Shown piece by piece: positions 1-9,285 of a stretch of 64,000 nucleotides of DNA (the stretch's first letter is position 1; every line of letters starts with the position of its first letter). The translations under genes were made by a program, and so were the position numbers. The notes under the pieces are model-generated. The model ran no database searches. It worked only from the letters and a program-made list of their open reading frames with translations, and had not been told where the DNA came from. This DNA is from Prevotellaceae bacterium UBA1075 (GTDB lineage: Bacteria; Bacteroidota; Bacteroidia; Bacteroidales; Bacteroidaceae): contig DCCS01000032.1 in assembly GCA_002316015.1 (NCBI GenBank), positions 208,234 to 272,233 of the forward strand. The letters run 5' to 3'.

Positions 1-414
1 GACCTCGAAGGAGGGGTTCTCGGTGGTGGCGCCTATCAGCGTCACCACTCCCTGCTCCACCGCGCCCAGCAGGGAGTCCTGCTGCGACTTGGAGAACCGG
101 TGTATCTCGTCGATGAAGAGGATGGGGCTTGGCGAGTTGAAGAAGCGGCTGTTGCGCGCGCGCTCAATCACCTCGCGCACCTCCTTCACCCCGCTCGTCA
201 CGGCACTCAGTGTGAAGAAGGGGATGTCAAGTTGCCTGGCAATGATGGTGGCCAGGGTGGTCTTGCCCACTCCGGGAGGCCCCCACAGGATGAAGCTGCT
301 GAGGCGGCCGCCCTCTATCATGCGGCGCAGCACGGCACCCTCGCCCACCAGATGCCGCTGCCCGATGTAGTCGTCCAGCGTCTGCGGACGCATTCTCTCT
401 GCCAATGGTTGCAT
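1..414 (-). CDS. rarA: Replication-associated recombination protein A (RarA/MgsA), N-terminal 138 aa; 3' end runs off the window
   Basis: Reverse-complement translation gives [62 protein letters not shown]...[16 protein letters not shown]...[14 protein letters not shown]. Walker A is GPPGVGKTT and Walker B is LFIDEIHRF. It is missing from the ORF track because there is no stop codon inside the window. ATG is at 412-414. Confidence 0.9.
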   Translation of the reverse strand, partial: MQPLAERMRPQTLDDYIGQRHLVGEGAVLRRMIEGGRLSSFILWGPPGVGKTTLATIIARQLDIPFFTLSAVTSGVKEVREVIERARNSRFFNSPSPILFIDEIHRFSKSQQDSLLGAVEQGVVTLIGATTENPSFEV

Positions 415-422
415 ATCAGGTG

Positions 423-430
423 CAAAGTTA
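423..430 (-). promoter_or_regulatory. Bacteroidetes -7 promoter box TAACTTTG (minus strand) upstream of rarA
   Basis: Plus strand reads caaagtta, so the reverse complement is TAACTTTG, matching TAnnTTTG. It lies 8 nt upstream of the rarA ATG. Confidence 0.45.
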
Positions 431-643
431 CGAAAAAGCGGGCAAGGCGGGCTCGCGCGCGAAGCACTTTTTCTTCCCGCGCGGGGATGCCGGGCGCGGC
501 TTGCTTGTGCCACTGCCTCCCGGCAGGAGGCGGCCCTTTCCCCCTCGCGCACCGCGCGGGGCGCAGCACCTCGGGCCGCGCGAATTTGGCCGCGCAAGCC
601 CCAATATGTCGGCAGTCATGGGCGGTGAAAGGAAAAAAAGGCG

Positions 644-651
644 TAACTTTG
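644..651 (+). promoter_or_regulatory. Bacteroidetes -7 promoter box TAACTTTG upstream of pyrB
   Basis: Exact TAnnTTTG match 38 nt upstream of the pyrB ATG at 690. Confidence 0.5.
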
Positions 652-689
652 ACACCCGTAAAAAGCACATCACGACATAAGCCGACACA

Positions 690-1637
690 ATGGAAAACAG
701 AAGTCTGGTAACAATAGCCAAGCACACGAGGGAGAGAATCCTGTATCTCATCGAGATGGCGCAGGAGTTCGAGAGCCACCCCAACCGCCGCATACTGGAG
801 GGCAAGATTGTGGCGACACTGTTCTTCGAGCCCAGCACGCGCACGCGGCTGAGTTTCGAGACGGCCGCCAACAGGCTCGGGGCAAGGGTCATCGGGTTTG
901 CCGACCCGAAGGTGACGAGCGGCACCAAGGGCGAGACACTCAAGGACACTATCATGATGGTGTCCAATTATGCCGACATCATCGTCATGCGGCATTACCT
1001 GGAGGGTGCGGCGCAATATGCCAGCGAGGTGTCGCCGGTGCCCATCGTCAACGCGGGCGACGGAGCCAACCAGCACCCCAGCCAGACCATGCTGGACTTG
1101 TATTCCATATACAAGACCCAGGGCAGGCTGGACGGCCTGGACATCTACCTGGTGGGAGACCTCAAGTACGGGCGCACCGTGCACAGCATGCTCACGGCCA
1201 TGAGGCACTTCAACCCCACCTTCCACTTCATCGCGCCCGACGAGCTGGCCATGCCCGACTGCTACAAGATGTACTGCCGCGAGCATGGCATACGCTTCAT
1301 CGAGCACCAGGACTTCGACGCGGACACCATTGCCGGGGCCGACATCCTGTACATGACACGCGTGCAGAGGGAGCGCTTCACCGACCTGGAGGAGTACGAG
1401 CGCGTCAAGAACCGCTACCTGCTCAAGGAGGACATGCTCCGCAAGGCGCGCCCCAACCTGAAAATCCTGCATCCCCTGCCGCGCGTCAACGAGATAGAGT
1501 ACAGCATCGACGACACGCCCTACGCCTATTATTTCCAGCAGGCGCGCAACGGGCTCTATGCCAGGCAGGCACTCATCTGCGACGCCCTGGGCATCACGCT
1601 TGACGACATAAGGAACGACAAAACGATTATCGAATGA
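690..1637 (+). CDS. pyrB: Aspartate carbamoyltransferase catalytic subunit
   Basis: 315 aa. Carries the carbamoyl-phosphate motif [13 protein letters not shown] and the HPLPR motif. The stop overlaps the pyrI start (ATGA). Confidence 0.97.
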   Translation: MENRSLVTIAKHTRERILYLIEMAQEFESHPNRRILEGKIVATLFFEPSTRTRLSFETAANRLGARVIGFADPKVTSGTKGETLKDTIMMVSNYADIIVMRHYLEGAAQYASEVSPVPIVNAGDGANQHPSQTMLDLYSIYKTQGRLDGLDIYLVGDLKYGRTVHSMLTAMRHFNPTFHFIAPDELAMPDCYKMYCREHGIRFIEHQDFDADTIAGADILYMTRVQRERFTDLEEYERVKNRYLLKEDMLRKARPNLKILHPLPRVNEIEYSIDDTPYAYYFQQARNGLYARQALICDALGITLDDIRNDKTIIE

Positions 1638-2089
1638 AAAGGGAGGAACTGCAAGTGGCCGCGCTGAGGAACGGCACCGTCATTGACCACATACCCTCTG
1701 ACCGGATCTTCGAGGTGGTGAACCTGCTGCACCTGGAGCAGGTGCATTCCTCGGTCACCATCGGGTACAACCTCAAGAGCCGGAAGATGGGCAAGAAGAG
1801 TATCGTGAAGATCGCCGACACCTTCTTCACGCCCGAGAAGCTCAACCAGCTCTCCGTCATCACGCCCAACGCCACCCTGTGCGTGATACGCGACTATGAG
1901 GTGGTCGAGAAGAGGGAGGTGCGCATGCCCGAGGAACTGGTGGGCATCGTCAAGTGTGACAACCACAAGTGCGTCACCAACAACGAGCCTATGAGGACAC
2001 GCTTCCATGTGCTCGACAAGGAGAGGGGAATCCTGCAGTGCCGCTACTGCAACCGCGAGATAAGCCTGGACAAGGTCAAACTGGTGTAG
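1634..2089 (+). CDS. pyrI: Aspartate carbamoyltransferase regulatory subunit
   Basis: 151 aa. N-terminus is [16 protein letters not shown], and there is a C-terminal Zn cluster CDNHKC...CRYC. It is translationally coupled to pyrB. Confidence 0.95.
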   Translation: MKREELQVAALRNGTVIDHIPSDRIFEVVNLLHLEQVHSSVTIGYNLKSRKMGKKSIVKIADTFFTPEKLNQLSVITPNATLCVIRDYEVVEKREVRMPEELVGIVKCDNHKCVTNNEPMRTRFHVLDKERGILQCRYCNREISLDKVKLV

Positions 2090-2163
2090 GGCCCGCCCCA
2101 CAGAAGACATCAAAGCCACAAGACATTCACAAACAACTTACACGCAAAAAAGGGAGAGAGATT

Positions 2164-3444
2164 ATGGAAAGAGACAACACGGTGTTCGCACTCATCGAGG
2201 AGGAGAGGCAGAGGCAACTCAGAGGCATCGAACTCATCGCCTCGGAGAACTTCGTGAGCGACCAGGTGATGGAGGCCATGGGCACATGCCTGACCAACAA
2301 GTATGCCGAGGGCTATCCCGGCAAGAGGTACTACGGGGGGTGCCAGGTGGTGGACAAGGTGGAGCAACTGGCCATCGACAGGGCCAAGGCACTCTTCGGC
2401 GCGGAGTATGCCAACGTGCAGCCGCATTCGGGCGCGCAGGCCAACGCGGCCGTGTTCCTGGCCGTCCTCAACCCAGGCGACACCTTCATGGGACTCAACC
2501 TCGACCACGGGGGACACCTGAGCCACGGCTCGCTGGTGAACACGAGCGGCATCATCTACAAGCCCGTGGGCTATAACCTCAACAAGGAGACCGGACGCGT
2601 CGATTACGATGAGATGGAGCGCCTGGCCCGCGAGCACAAGCCCAGGATGATCATCGGCGGCGGATCGGCCTACAGCCGCGAGTGGGACTACAGGCGCATG
2701 CGCGAGATAGCCGACAGCGTGGGGGCCATACTGATGATTGACATGGCTCATCCCGCAGGGCTCATCGCGGCGGGACTGCTGGACAACCCCGTGAAGTACG
2801 CCCACATCGTGACCAGCACCACACACAAGACCCTGCGCGGCCCGCGCGGAGGGCTCATCCTGATGGGCAAGGACTTTGAGAACCCCTGGGGAAAGAAGTC
2901 TCCCAAGGGAGAGGTGAGGATGATGTCGCAACTGCTCAACAGCGCCGTGTTCCCCGGCATACAGGGCGGCCCCCTGGAGCATGTCATCGCGGCCAAGGCC
3001 GTGGCCTTTGGCGAAGCGCTCACACCCGCGTTCAAGGAGTGGGCCATGCAAGTGAAGAAGAACGCGGGCGTACTGGCCGACGAACTGATGAGGCGCGGCT
3101 TCAACATCGTGTCGGACGGGACGGACAATCACTCCATGCTGGTGGACCTGCGCGGCAAATATCCCGACCTCACCGGAAAGGTGGCCGAGCGCGTGCTGGT
3201 GGCAGCGGACATCACCGTGAACAAGAACATGGTGCCCTTTGACACGCGCAGCGCGTTCCAGACCAGCGGCATCCGCCTGGGCACACCCGCCATCACCACG
3301 CGTGGAGCCAAGGAGGACATGATGGTGAAGATTGCCGACTTCATCGAGCGTGTGCTCAACTCGCCCGAGGACGAGCGCGTCATCGCTCAGGTGCGCTCGG
3401 AGGTGAACGCGCTGATGGCTGGCTATCCGCTCTTCGCCTACTAA
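2164..3444 (+). CDS. glyA: Serine hydroxymethyltransferase
   Basis: The track ORF 1969..3444 was trimmed to the internal ATG at 2164 ([30 protein letters not shown]). The PLP-lysine region [15 protein letters not shown] is present. 426 aa. Confidence 0.97.
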   Translation: MERDNTVFALIEEERQRQLRGIELIASENFVSDQVMEAMGTCLTNKYAEGYPGKRYYGGCQVVDKVEQLAIDRAKALFGAEYANVQPHSGAQANAAVFLAVLNPGDTFMGLNLDHGGHLSHGSLVNTSGIIYKPVGYNLNKETGRVDYDEMERLAREHKPRMIIGGGSAYSREWDYRRMREIADSVGAILMIDMAHPAGLIAAGLLDNPVKYAHIVTSTTHKTLRGPRGGLILMGKDFENPWGKKSPKGEVRMMSQLLNSAVFPGIQGGPLEHVIAAKAVAFGEALTPAFKEWAMQVKKNAGVLADELMRRGFNIVSDGTDNHSMLVDLRGKYPDLTGKVAERVLVAADITVNKNMVPFDTRSAFQTSGIRLGTPAITTRGAKEDMMVKIADFIERVLNSPEDERVIAQVRSEVNALMAGYPLFAY

Positions 3445-3484
3445 CCGGCACGGGTTGCACAACAGAGACAAGCAACTCAAAAGC

Positions 3485-3523
3485 CCAGGGGCTGTGCCCT
3501 GTGAGTGCAGGCACAGCCCCTGG
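3485..3523 (+). terminator. Perfect 14-bp stem hairpin downstream of glyA
   Basis: CCAGGGGCTGTGCC (3485-3498) pairs with GGCACAGCCCCTGG (3510-3523) across an 11-nt loop, followed by CATTT. The weak T tract means it could instead be an RNA-processing or stability element. Confidence 0.45.
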
Positions 3524-3551
3524 CATTTACGACAATCCTACAACCTACACA

Positions 3552-4706
3552 ATGAAGATATTGCACACAAGCGACTGGCACCTGGGACAGTCGCTGTTCA
3601 ACTACGACCGCACCGAGGAGCAGTCGGCCATGCTGGAGCAGATGGTATGCCTGGTGAGGGAGCACCAGCCCGATGTGTTCCTGCTCAGTGGGGACATCTT
3701 CGACACCACACAACCCTCGGCGGCCACACAAAGGCTGTTTGTCAACGCCATAGTGAACATCCACGAGACCCGGCCAGGCATGGCCATCGTGTGCACGGCA
3801 GGCAACCACGACAGTGCAAGCCGCCATGAGGTGTTCAGGCAGCCGTGGCTCAATCTCAACGTACACAGCATAGGACGGCTTGACCGTGACAACCCATCGG
3901 GCCACATCATACGGATTGAGGGCACGGGATATGTGGTGGCTCTCCCCTATTGCTACGAGCGCAACATCCCCCAGGACTTCTGCCAGCAGTTGCTTGACGA
4001 GGTGGCCCGGGAGAACAAGGCTCAGCTGCCTGTGGTCATGATGGCCCACACCACACTGGAAAGAAGCGACCTGCGTGGACACATGACGCATGCGGGCATC
4101 ACCATAGGCGGCATCGAGACCATGACCCTGGAACAGGTGGGACGTGGTTATGACTATCTGGCACTGGGACACATCCATCATGCACAGTGGGTAAGGGGCA
4201 CCAGCCAACGTGCCCGTTATTGTGGCTCACCCCTACAGGTCAGTTTCGACGAGGACTATGAGCACAGCGTGAGCATTGTGGACATTGACGCCCATCACGG
4301 CAAGCCTCTGCTCCACACCATCCCCATCCACTCGCCGCGCCCACTGGTCACCCTGCCCCCACAGGGGTATGCCTCCTGGGAGAAGGCCATGCAGATGCTG
4401 GCCGACTTCCCCCAGGACAATCCCGCATACATCCGACTCAACATCAGCCATGAGAGCACCCTGCCTCCCGACGCGACCAACGAGGCCAGCCGGGCTGTGC
4501 AGGCCAAGCAGTGCCGCCTGTGCATCATTAACCGCGAGCGAAGGGAGGCCGGGACAGGCACGCAGGAGACATTTTCCATACAGGAGTTCCGGCAGGAGTC
4601 ACCACTTGAGATAGCGTGCATGTATGCCAGGCAGCACGGGTATGTGTTTGACAAGGACACCATCAAACTCTTCAACGAGGCAGTCAACTTAGTCAACGAG
4701 GAATGA
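3552..4706 (+). CDS. sbcD: Exonuclease SbcCD, nuclease subunit D (Mre11-like)
   Basis: The start was trimmed to MKILHTSDWHLG. Calcineurin-like phosphoesterase motifs are DWHLG, GDIFD and GNHD. The stop overlaps the sbcC start (ATGA). Confidence 0.9.
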   Translation: MKILHTSDWHLGQSLFNYDRTEEQSAMLEQMVCLVREHQPDVFLLSGDIFDTTQPSAATQRLFVNAIVNIHETRPGMAIVCTAGNHDSASRHEVFRQPWLNLNVHSIGRLDRDNPSGHIIRIEGTGYVVALPYCYERNIPQDFCQQLLDEVARENKAQLPVVMMAHTTLERSDLRGHMTHAGITIGGIETMTLEQVGRGYDYLALGHIHHAQWVRGTSQRARYCGSPLQVSFDEDYEHSVSIVDIDAHHGKPLLHTIPIHSPRPLVTLPPQGYASWEKAMQMLADFPQDNPAYIRLNISHESTLPPDATNEASRAVQAKQCRLCIINRERREAGTGTQETFSIQEFRQESPLEIACMYARQHGYVFDKDTIKLFNEAVNLVNEE

Positions 4707-7700
4707 AACTGAAACAACTCACCATACACAACATAGCCTCGATAGAGGACGCTACCATCTGCTTCAACGCTGAACCGCTGGCAAGCAGCGAGGTGTATCT
4801 GATAACGGGCAAGACCGGGGCGGGCAAGTCCACCATCCTGGACGCCATCTGTCTGGCTCTCTATGCCGACACACCCAGGCTCGACAACACCTACATGCAA
4901 GGGATCCTGGCCGACCAGGACAAGGAGGTGAAGGTCAATGACCCCAGGCAACTCATGCGACGCAATACGGGCGAGGCTTTTGTGCGGCTCACATTTACAG
5001 ACGTCAATGGCACCCCCTACGAGGCAACCTGGTCGGTGGCAAGGGCAAGAAACAAGAGCAACGGCAACCTGCAGGCCAAGAAGTGGAGCCTGAGAAATGT
5101 GAAGGCCGACTTGACATACAGCAAGGACGATGAAATAAAGGCCGAGATAAGGCGGGTCATCGGGCTTGACTTCAAGCAGTTCTGCCGCACAACCATGCTT
5201 GCGCAGGGAGAGTTCACGAGGTTTCTCAACAGCAAGGATGACGAGAAGGCCGATATCCTGGAGAAGATAACAGGTGCCGGCATCTACTCACGCATAGGTG
5301 CGAAAATCTTTGGCCTTGCCAAAGAACATAAGGAGCAATGGGAGCAGGCCGAACAGCAGGCACGCAGCGTGCAGGTGCTGAGCGAGGAAGAACAACGGGC
5401 CAAAAGGGAGGAGTGCGCGCAGATAGAGCGTGAGCAGGTGAGGAACAGGCGGGAGCAGGAGCGCACGCAAGCCATACTGACATGGATGGACAGGGAGAAG
5501 GAACTGGCACAGAAGGCGGTACTGGCACAGAGGCAACTGCAAGAGGCCGAGGAGAAAGCGGCAAGCGAGGCGTTCCGCAAGAGCCATACTCGCAACAGGT
5601 TGTGGAGAGACACGCAGGAGGCAAGGGGATGGGTGGCCGAACTTGACCAGGCACGCTCACGCATCAGGCAGCAGCAGGATGCCCTGGACACCATGGCGCA
5701 GGAGTATCTCATGCTGAGAGGGGTGCGCGATGCCATGCGCCAGGATGCTGAACGCAATGCGCAAGCCATACGCCGCATGCAGGCTGTGATGGAAGGCGAA
5801 GCACACCTGGTGCCCATTTACAACAACGCCCAGGCTATAGTGAGCCAACTGGTGATTGTGGCCGACTGCAACCGCAAGGCGCAGGAAACCAAACTCGAGG
5901 GGGAGCGGCTGGCCAAACAGATAAAGGATGAACTGCAACCCAGATGCAAGGAGACAGCAGAACGCCTGACCATGCATGTGGACAAGCAGGACACGCTGGG
6001 AAAGGATATCACCCACAAGGAGGCGGAACTGCAGCAGATGCGCCTGCCCCAACTGAGGTTGGCATGTGAGCAGAACACCACGTTGCAGAACCATATATCC
6101 ACGGCCACAGATGCCATCCATGCCTATGTGGATGAATTGCATAGGGACAGGATGCAGAGGAGAAAGATAAAGGAGACTGAAGGGGAAATAGCGCAAAAGA
6201 GACTGTTGCTTGACAAGTTGCTCCCCAAGATACATGATGCCGAACTGGTGCTGCAAACCTTGCAAGAAACCTTGCAGAAGGAACAGGAGAAGGTGAGCGA
6301 CTGGGCAAGACGGCTGCGGGTGAAACTGCATGTGGGCGACGTTTGTCCCGTGTGCCTGCACAAGATTGACTCGGAACTGCCCCATGAGGACATGCTGGCC
6401 GAACTGGTGGCGGAATCGGAACAGAGGTTTGCCGGGGCACAGAAGGCAAGGGACGAACTGCAGCAGCAAAGGGTGACTCTGGAGGCATCGGTCACAGCAC
6501 TTGCGTCCAACCTGGCCATACAAAAGACCGCACTCGATGAAACCGGGCATCTGGGCAAAGCCGCACAAAAAGCCAGGGCGAGTGTGGATGCCTGCCTGAC
6601 TGGCGAGCATTGTGAGCACTTCCATATATATAATAATAAGGAGGAGGGCGAGGCACTTGACAGGTGGGAACACTTTCTTCGGAATCCTGGTCAAGGGGAA
6701 CAAGAGGAAGATAGACCAGAGCCTGGCGCATGCGATTCTGTGCTTGCCATACTGGCATCCATGGGCGCGAGGGTGCAGGAAGAGCTGCTGTTGCAGAGGC
6801 AAAAGATACAGGAGGCAGAACAGAAGGAGGTTACCTTGAGGAGACTCAGGGCAGAGGCCGACAAACTTGCCGAAGCGCAGAAAAGCCTGGCCGAAGCCTC
6901 GCTGAAGGCAGAGGCGGCCCTGGAGAAGGCGAAAGGCAGGCAGGACACACAGCAGGCAACCATCCGACTGCTGGATGGCAACCGCAGCCAGGCAACCGCA
7001 CGGGTAGAAGCACTCATGCGCGTGCAGGCCGCCAAGCAGCAATGGCGATACAACTGGCATGCCTCACCGATGGAGTTTGCCAGGGAACTGCAAGCCGCCA
7101 CGGATGCACACAACAAGCGTGCCGAGGAACTGCGGCAACTCGAGCAGAAACAGGAACGGCAGGCCGAGAGGCTCAAGAGTCTGTCGGCGGTAACTGATGC
7201 CATCGAACAGATGATGCCGGCATGGGCCTGCATGCAGGCCGACTCACATGTCATCACAAGCGACACAGCCTCGGACACCATCACTTCGCATGCCAGCACG
7301 CTGCTGGGCCGGATAGGCTCGGCGCAGGATCAAAAGCAACTGGCCACACGGCAGGCAGAGAGCCAGGAGCAACTCTTGCAGGACTATGCATGCTCGCACC
7401 ACGAAGAACTGAAGAGGCTGTCCTGGCTGAGGGAGGAATCAGGGTACGACAGCACATCTGCTCTGCATCGGTTGCTGGATGGCATGCACTGGCTCAACAG
7501 CCTTTCCCAAAAGGACATTGAGGAGAGTGAGCACAGCCTGGATGAAGTCCTGAACATCCGCATCAGGCAGCATGCCTTACTGGAGGAGGCAAGACGGCAA
7601 CAGGAAGAGCATCTGCTGCACAAGCCACAGATGGAGGACGAGGAGACGGCCGACACGCTCTCGGCCAGGATGCGCCTGCTGGCCACAGAAGCCGAGGAAC

Positions 7701-8311
7701 TCGCAAGACGCAAGGGGGGAGTGCAGCGGGACCTGAAGGTAGACCAGCAAAACCGGCAAGCGGCAGGCAAACTGCTGGAACTGGCCAAGGCAAGAAAAGA
7801 AGAATATGCACGCTGGGACCGGCTCAACCAACTGCTGGGTGATGCCACAGGAAGCAAATTCCGCAAAATAGCCCAGAGTTATGTGCTGGCCAACCTGCTG
7901 CACTCTGCCAATGCCTACCTGCGCACGCTCACCGAGCGATATAGCCTGCAGGTAGCCCCTGGCAGCTTCGCAATCTCGCTCACCGATGCTTATCAGGGCT
8001 ATGCCACCAGGGCTGCCACCACCCTGTCTGGAGGAGAGAGTTTCCTGGTGTCCCTGTCCCTGGCACTTGCCCTGAGCGACATAGACAGCCGCCTCGCTGT
8101 GGACACCCTGTTTATCGATGAGGGATTTGGCACGCTCAGTGGCGAACCATTGCTGAATGCCATCAGCACCTTGCGCTCGCTGCACACCAAGGCGGGCAAG
8201 CATGTGGGCATCATCAGCCATATGGATGAACTGAAGGAGTGCATACCCGTGCAGATAATGGTCAATCAGGAAGGCAACAACTCGAGCAGCGAGATTGTGG
8301 TCAGCGGCTGA
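4703..8311 (+). CDS. sbcC: Exonuclease SbcCD, ATPase subunit C (Rad50/SMC-like)
   Basis: 1202 aa. It has an N-terminal Walker A (GKTGAGKST), a very long coiled coil rich in E/Q/R/A/L, a central zinc hook (CPVC in VGDVCPVCLHKI), the ABC signature LSGGESFLVSLSLALAL and Walker B LFIDEGFGTL. Confidence 0.9.
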   Translation: MKLKQLTIHNIASIEDATICFNAEPLASSEVYLITGKTGAGKSTILDAICLALYADTPRLDNTYMQGILADQDKEVKVNDPRQLMRRNTGEAFVRLTFTDVNGTPYEATWSVARARNKSNGNLQAKKWSLRNVKADLTYSKDDEIKAEIRRVIGLDFKQFCRTTMLAQGEFTRFLNSKDDEKADILEKITGAGIYSRIGAKIFGLAKEHKEQWEQAEQQARSVQVLSEEEQRAKREECAQIEREQVRNRREQERTQAILTWMDREKELAQKAVLAQRQLQEAEEKAASEAFRKSHTRNRLWRDTQEARGWVAELDQARSRIRQQQDALDTMAQEYLMLRGVRDAMRQDAERNAQAIRRMQAVMEGEAHLVPIYNNAQAIVSQLVIVADCNRKAQETKLEGERLAKQIKDELQPRCKETAERLTMHVDKQDTLGKDITHKEAELQQMRLPQLRLACEQNTTLQNHISTATDAIHAYVDELHRDRMQRRKIKETEGEIAQKRLLLDKLLPKIHDAELVLQTLQETLQKEQEKVSDWARRLRVKLHVGDVCPVCLHKIDSELPHEDMLAELVAESEQRFAGAQKARDELQQQRVTLEASVTALASNLAIQKTALDETGHLGKAAQKARASVDACLTGEHCEHFHIYNNKEEGEALDRWEHFLRNPGQGEQEEDRPEPGACDSVLAILASMGARVQEELLLQRQKIQEAEQKEVTLRRLRAEADKLAEAQKSLAEASLKAEAALEKAKGRQDTQQATIRLLDGNRSQATARVEALMRVQAAKQQWRYNWHASPMEFARELQAATDAHNKRAEELRQLEQKQERQAERLKSLSAVTDAIEQMMPAWACMQADSHVITSDTASDTITSHASTLLGRIGSAQDQKQLATRQAESQEQLLQDYACSHHEELKRLSWLREESGYDSTSALHRLLDGMHWLNSLSQKDIEESEHSLDEVLNIRIRQHALLEEARRQQEEHLLHKPQMEDEETADTLSARMRLLATEAEELARRKGGVQRDLKVDQQNRQAAGKLLELAKARKEEYARWDRLNQLLGDATGSKFRKIAQSYVLANLLHSANAYLRTLTERYSLQVAPGSFAISLTDAYQGYATRAATTLSGGESFLVSLSLALALSDIDSRLAVDTLFIDEGFGTLSGEPLLNAISTLRSLHTKAGKHVGIISHMDELKECIPVQIMVNQEGNNSSSEIVVSG

Positions 8312-8561
8312 CCCCTGTGGACACATGCGACCAGGGAAGGCATTATGAAGAGGCCGCAGGGGAAGTCTTCGCCATGCTCCCAGGACGCATAGGCTATGGG
8401 GGAAGAGGCTCCTGGGGGCAAGCACTATTTCCTCTACCCTTCCACTTCTTGCCAGAAGCCAATCCACTTGGGCAGGCTGCCTTACTTGCCTTGAGGCAAG
8501 GAAAAATCGCGGAGAGACGCTTTTTCCCTCACTTTTGCTTTGCTGTGTCCCGAAAAAGGCG

Positions 8562-8569
8562 TACCTTTG
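8562..8569 (+). promoter_or_regulatory. Bacteroidetes -7 promoter box TACCTTTG upstream of the tRNA array
   Basis: Exact TAnnTTTG match about 100 nt upstream of the first tRNA. Confidence 0.5.
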
Positions 8570-8667
8570 CAACCGCATAAAAGGAAATGCACAGTGAGTC
8601 ATTGACATTTTGAAAGGGAAGGGACACGTCGGAAGACAAGTTTGATGACGCGGAACCGTTCCAGTAT

Positions 8668-8740
<73 letters not shown>

Positions 8741-8758
8741 CATATTGGAATCGAGAAA

Positions 8759-8840
8759 GCCCAGGTGGCGGAATTGGTAGACGCGCACGTTTCAGGTGCG
8801 TGTGCCGCAAGGCGTGCAGGTTCGAGTCCTGTTCTGGGCA
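8759..8840 (+). tRNA. tRNA-Leu (anticodon CAG), class II with long variable arm
   Basis: Acceptor is GCCCAGG/TCTGGGC, anticodon stem CACGT/GCGTG with loop TTCAGGT, variable arm GCCGCAAGGC and T loop TTCGAGT. 82 nt. Confidence 0.88.
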
Positions 8841-8897
8841 CACACAAGTCTCGAAGGTGTCGGACGTGGCTCTTCCCTTTTTGCAAAGCATCATAAT

Positions 8898-8978
8898 GGA
8901 GAGGTGGCGGAATGGTAGACGCGCTACTTTGAGGTGGTAGTGCCGCGAGGCGTGGGAGTTCGAGTCTCCTCCTCTTCA
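8898..8978 (+). tRNA. tRNA-Leu (anticodon GAG), class II
   Basis: Acceptor is GGAGAGG/CCTCTTC, anticodon stem CTACT/GGTAG with loop TTGAGGT, variable arm GCCGCGAGGC and T arm GGGAG-TTCGAGT-CTCCT. 81 nt. Confidence 0.85.
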
Positions 8979-9008
8979 CTCTTCTGTGCAGAGTTCAGAA
9001 GTGATGTT

Positions 9009-9081
<73 letters not shown>

Positions 9082-9102
9082 CTTATCCTCATGTTTTGAC
9101 GG

Positions 9103-9184
9103 GCCCAGGTGGCGGAATTGGTAGACGCGCACGTTTCAGGTGCGTGTGCCGCGAGGCGTGCAGGTTCGAGTCCTGTTCTGGGCA
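9103..9184 (+). tRNA. tRNA-Leu (anticodon CAG), second copy
   Basis: Same sequence as 8759..8840 except for one base in the variable-arm loop (GCCGCGAGGC versus GCCGCAAGGC). Confidence 0.88.
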
Positions 9185-9202
9185 CATGCGAAAACAGGAG
9201 AA

Positions 9203-9246
9203 CGCGGGCGGTGTGGCAGGAAAGCCGCACCACCCGCGATTTTTTA
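9203..9246 (+). terminator. Intrinsic terminator after the tRNA array
   Basis: A GC-rich 15-bp stem, CGCGGGCGGTGTGGC / GCCGCACCACCCGCG (one mismatch, one G-U), has a 6-nt loop and is followed directly by ATTTTTTAT. It sits convergent to the dnaB 3' end. Confidence 0.7.
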
Positions 9247-9285
9247 TGCGCGTGTGTCGTGGATTTCGGAGCAAGTCGGTGGGCT

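Noticed and set aside
318-1472. A 384-aa minus-strand ORF antisense to pyrB. It stands for the whole class of long antisense or off-frame ORFs in the track, including 2110..3480 -, 5657..7060 -, 7577..8788 -, 9109..9957 +, 9982..10878 +, 22257..23099 -, 23106..24863 -, 28168..29742 -, 39970..40944 -, 44259..45764 +, 45872..46819 -, 52332..53714 +, 52675..53814 -, 57400..58821 +, 59657..60784 - and 62094..63248 +.
   Set aside because: Each lies opposite or out of frame to a gene with unmistakable family motifs. Their translations are dominated by R/A/G/P/H/V/L with no recognisable motifs. This is the expected pattern for shadow ORFs, because stop codons are rare in high-GC DNA.
6612-6660. AT-rich patch (TTCCATATATATAATAATAAGG) inside sbcC, considered as a possible insertion scar or internal promoter.
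   Set aside because: The reading frame is uninterrupted (…CEHFHIYNNKEEGE…), and the patch falls in the variable coiled-coil region where sequence is poorly constrained. There is no flanking repeat and no TAnnTTTG box.
3552-8311. SbcD/SbcC-like pair as a possible phage-defence module (Lamassu, Gabija or Wadjet-type SMC/nuclease systems).
   Set aside because: The pair has the canonical architecture: an Mre11-type phosphoesterase, a Rad50-type ATPase with a CPVC zinc hook, and an ATGA-coupled sbcD-sbcC order. It is flanked by core housekeeping genes (glyA, tRNAs, dnaB), and no extra effector or specificity genes are present.
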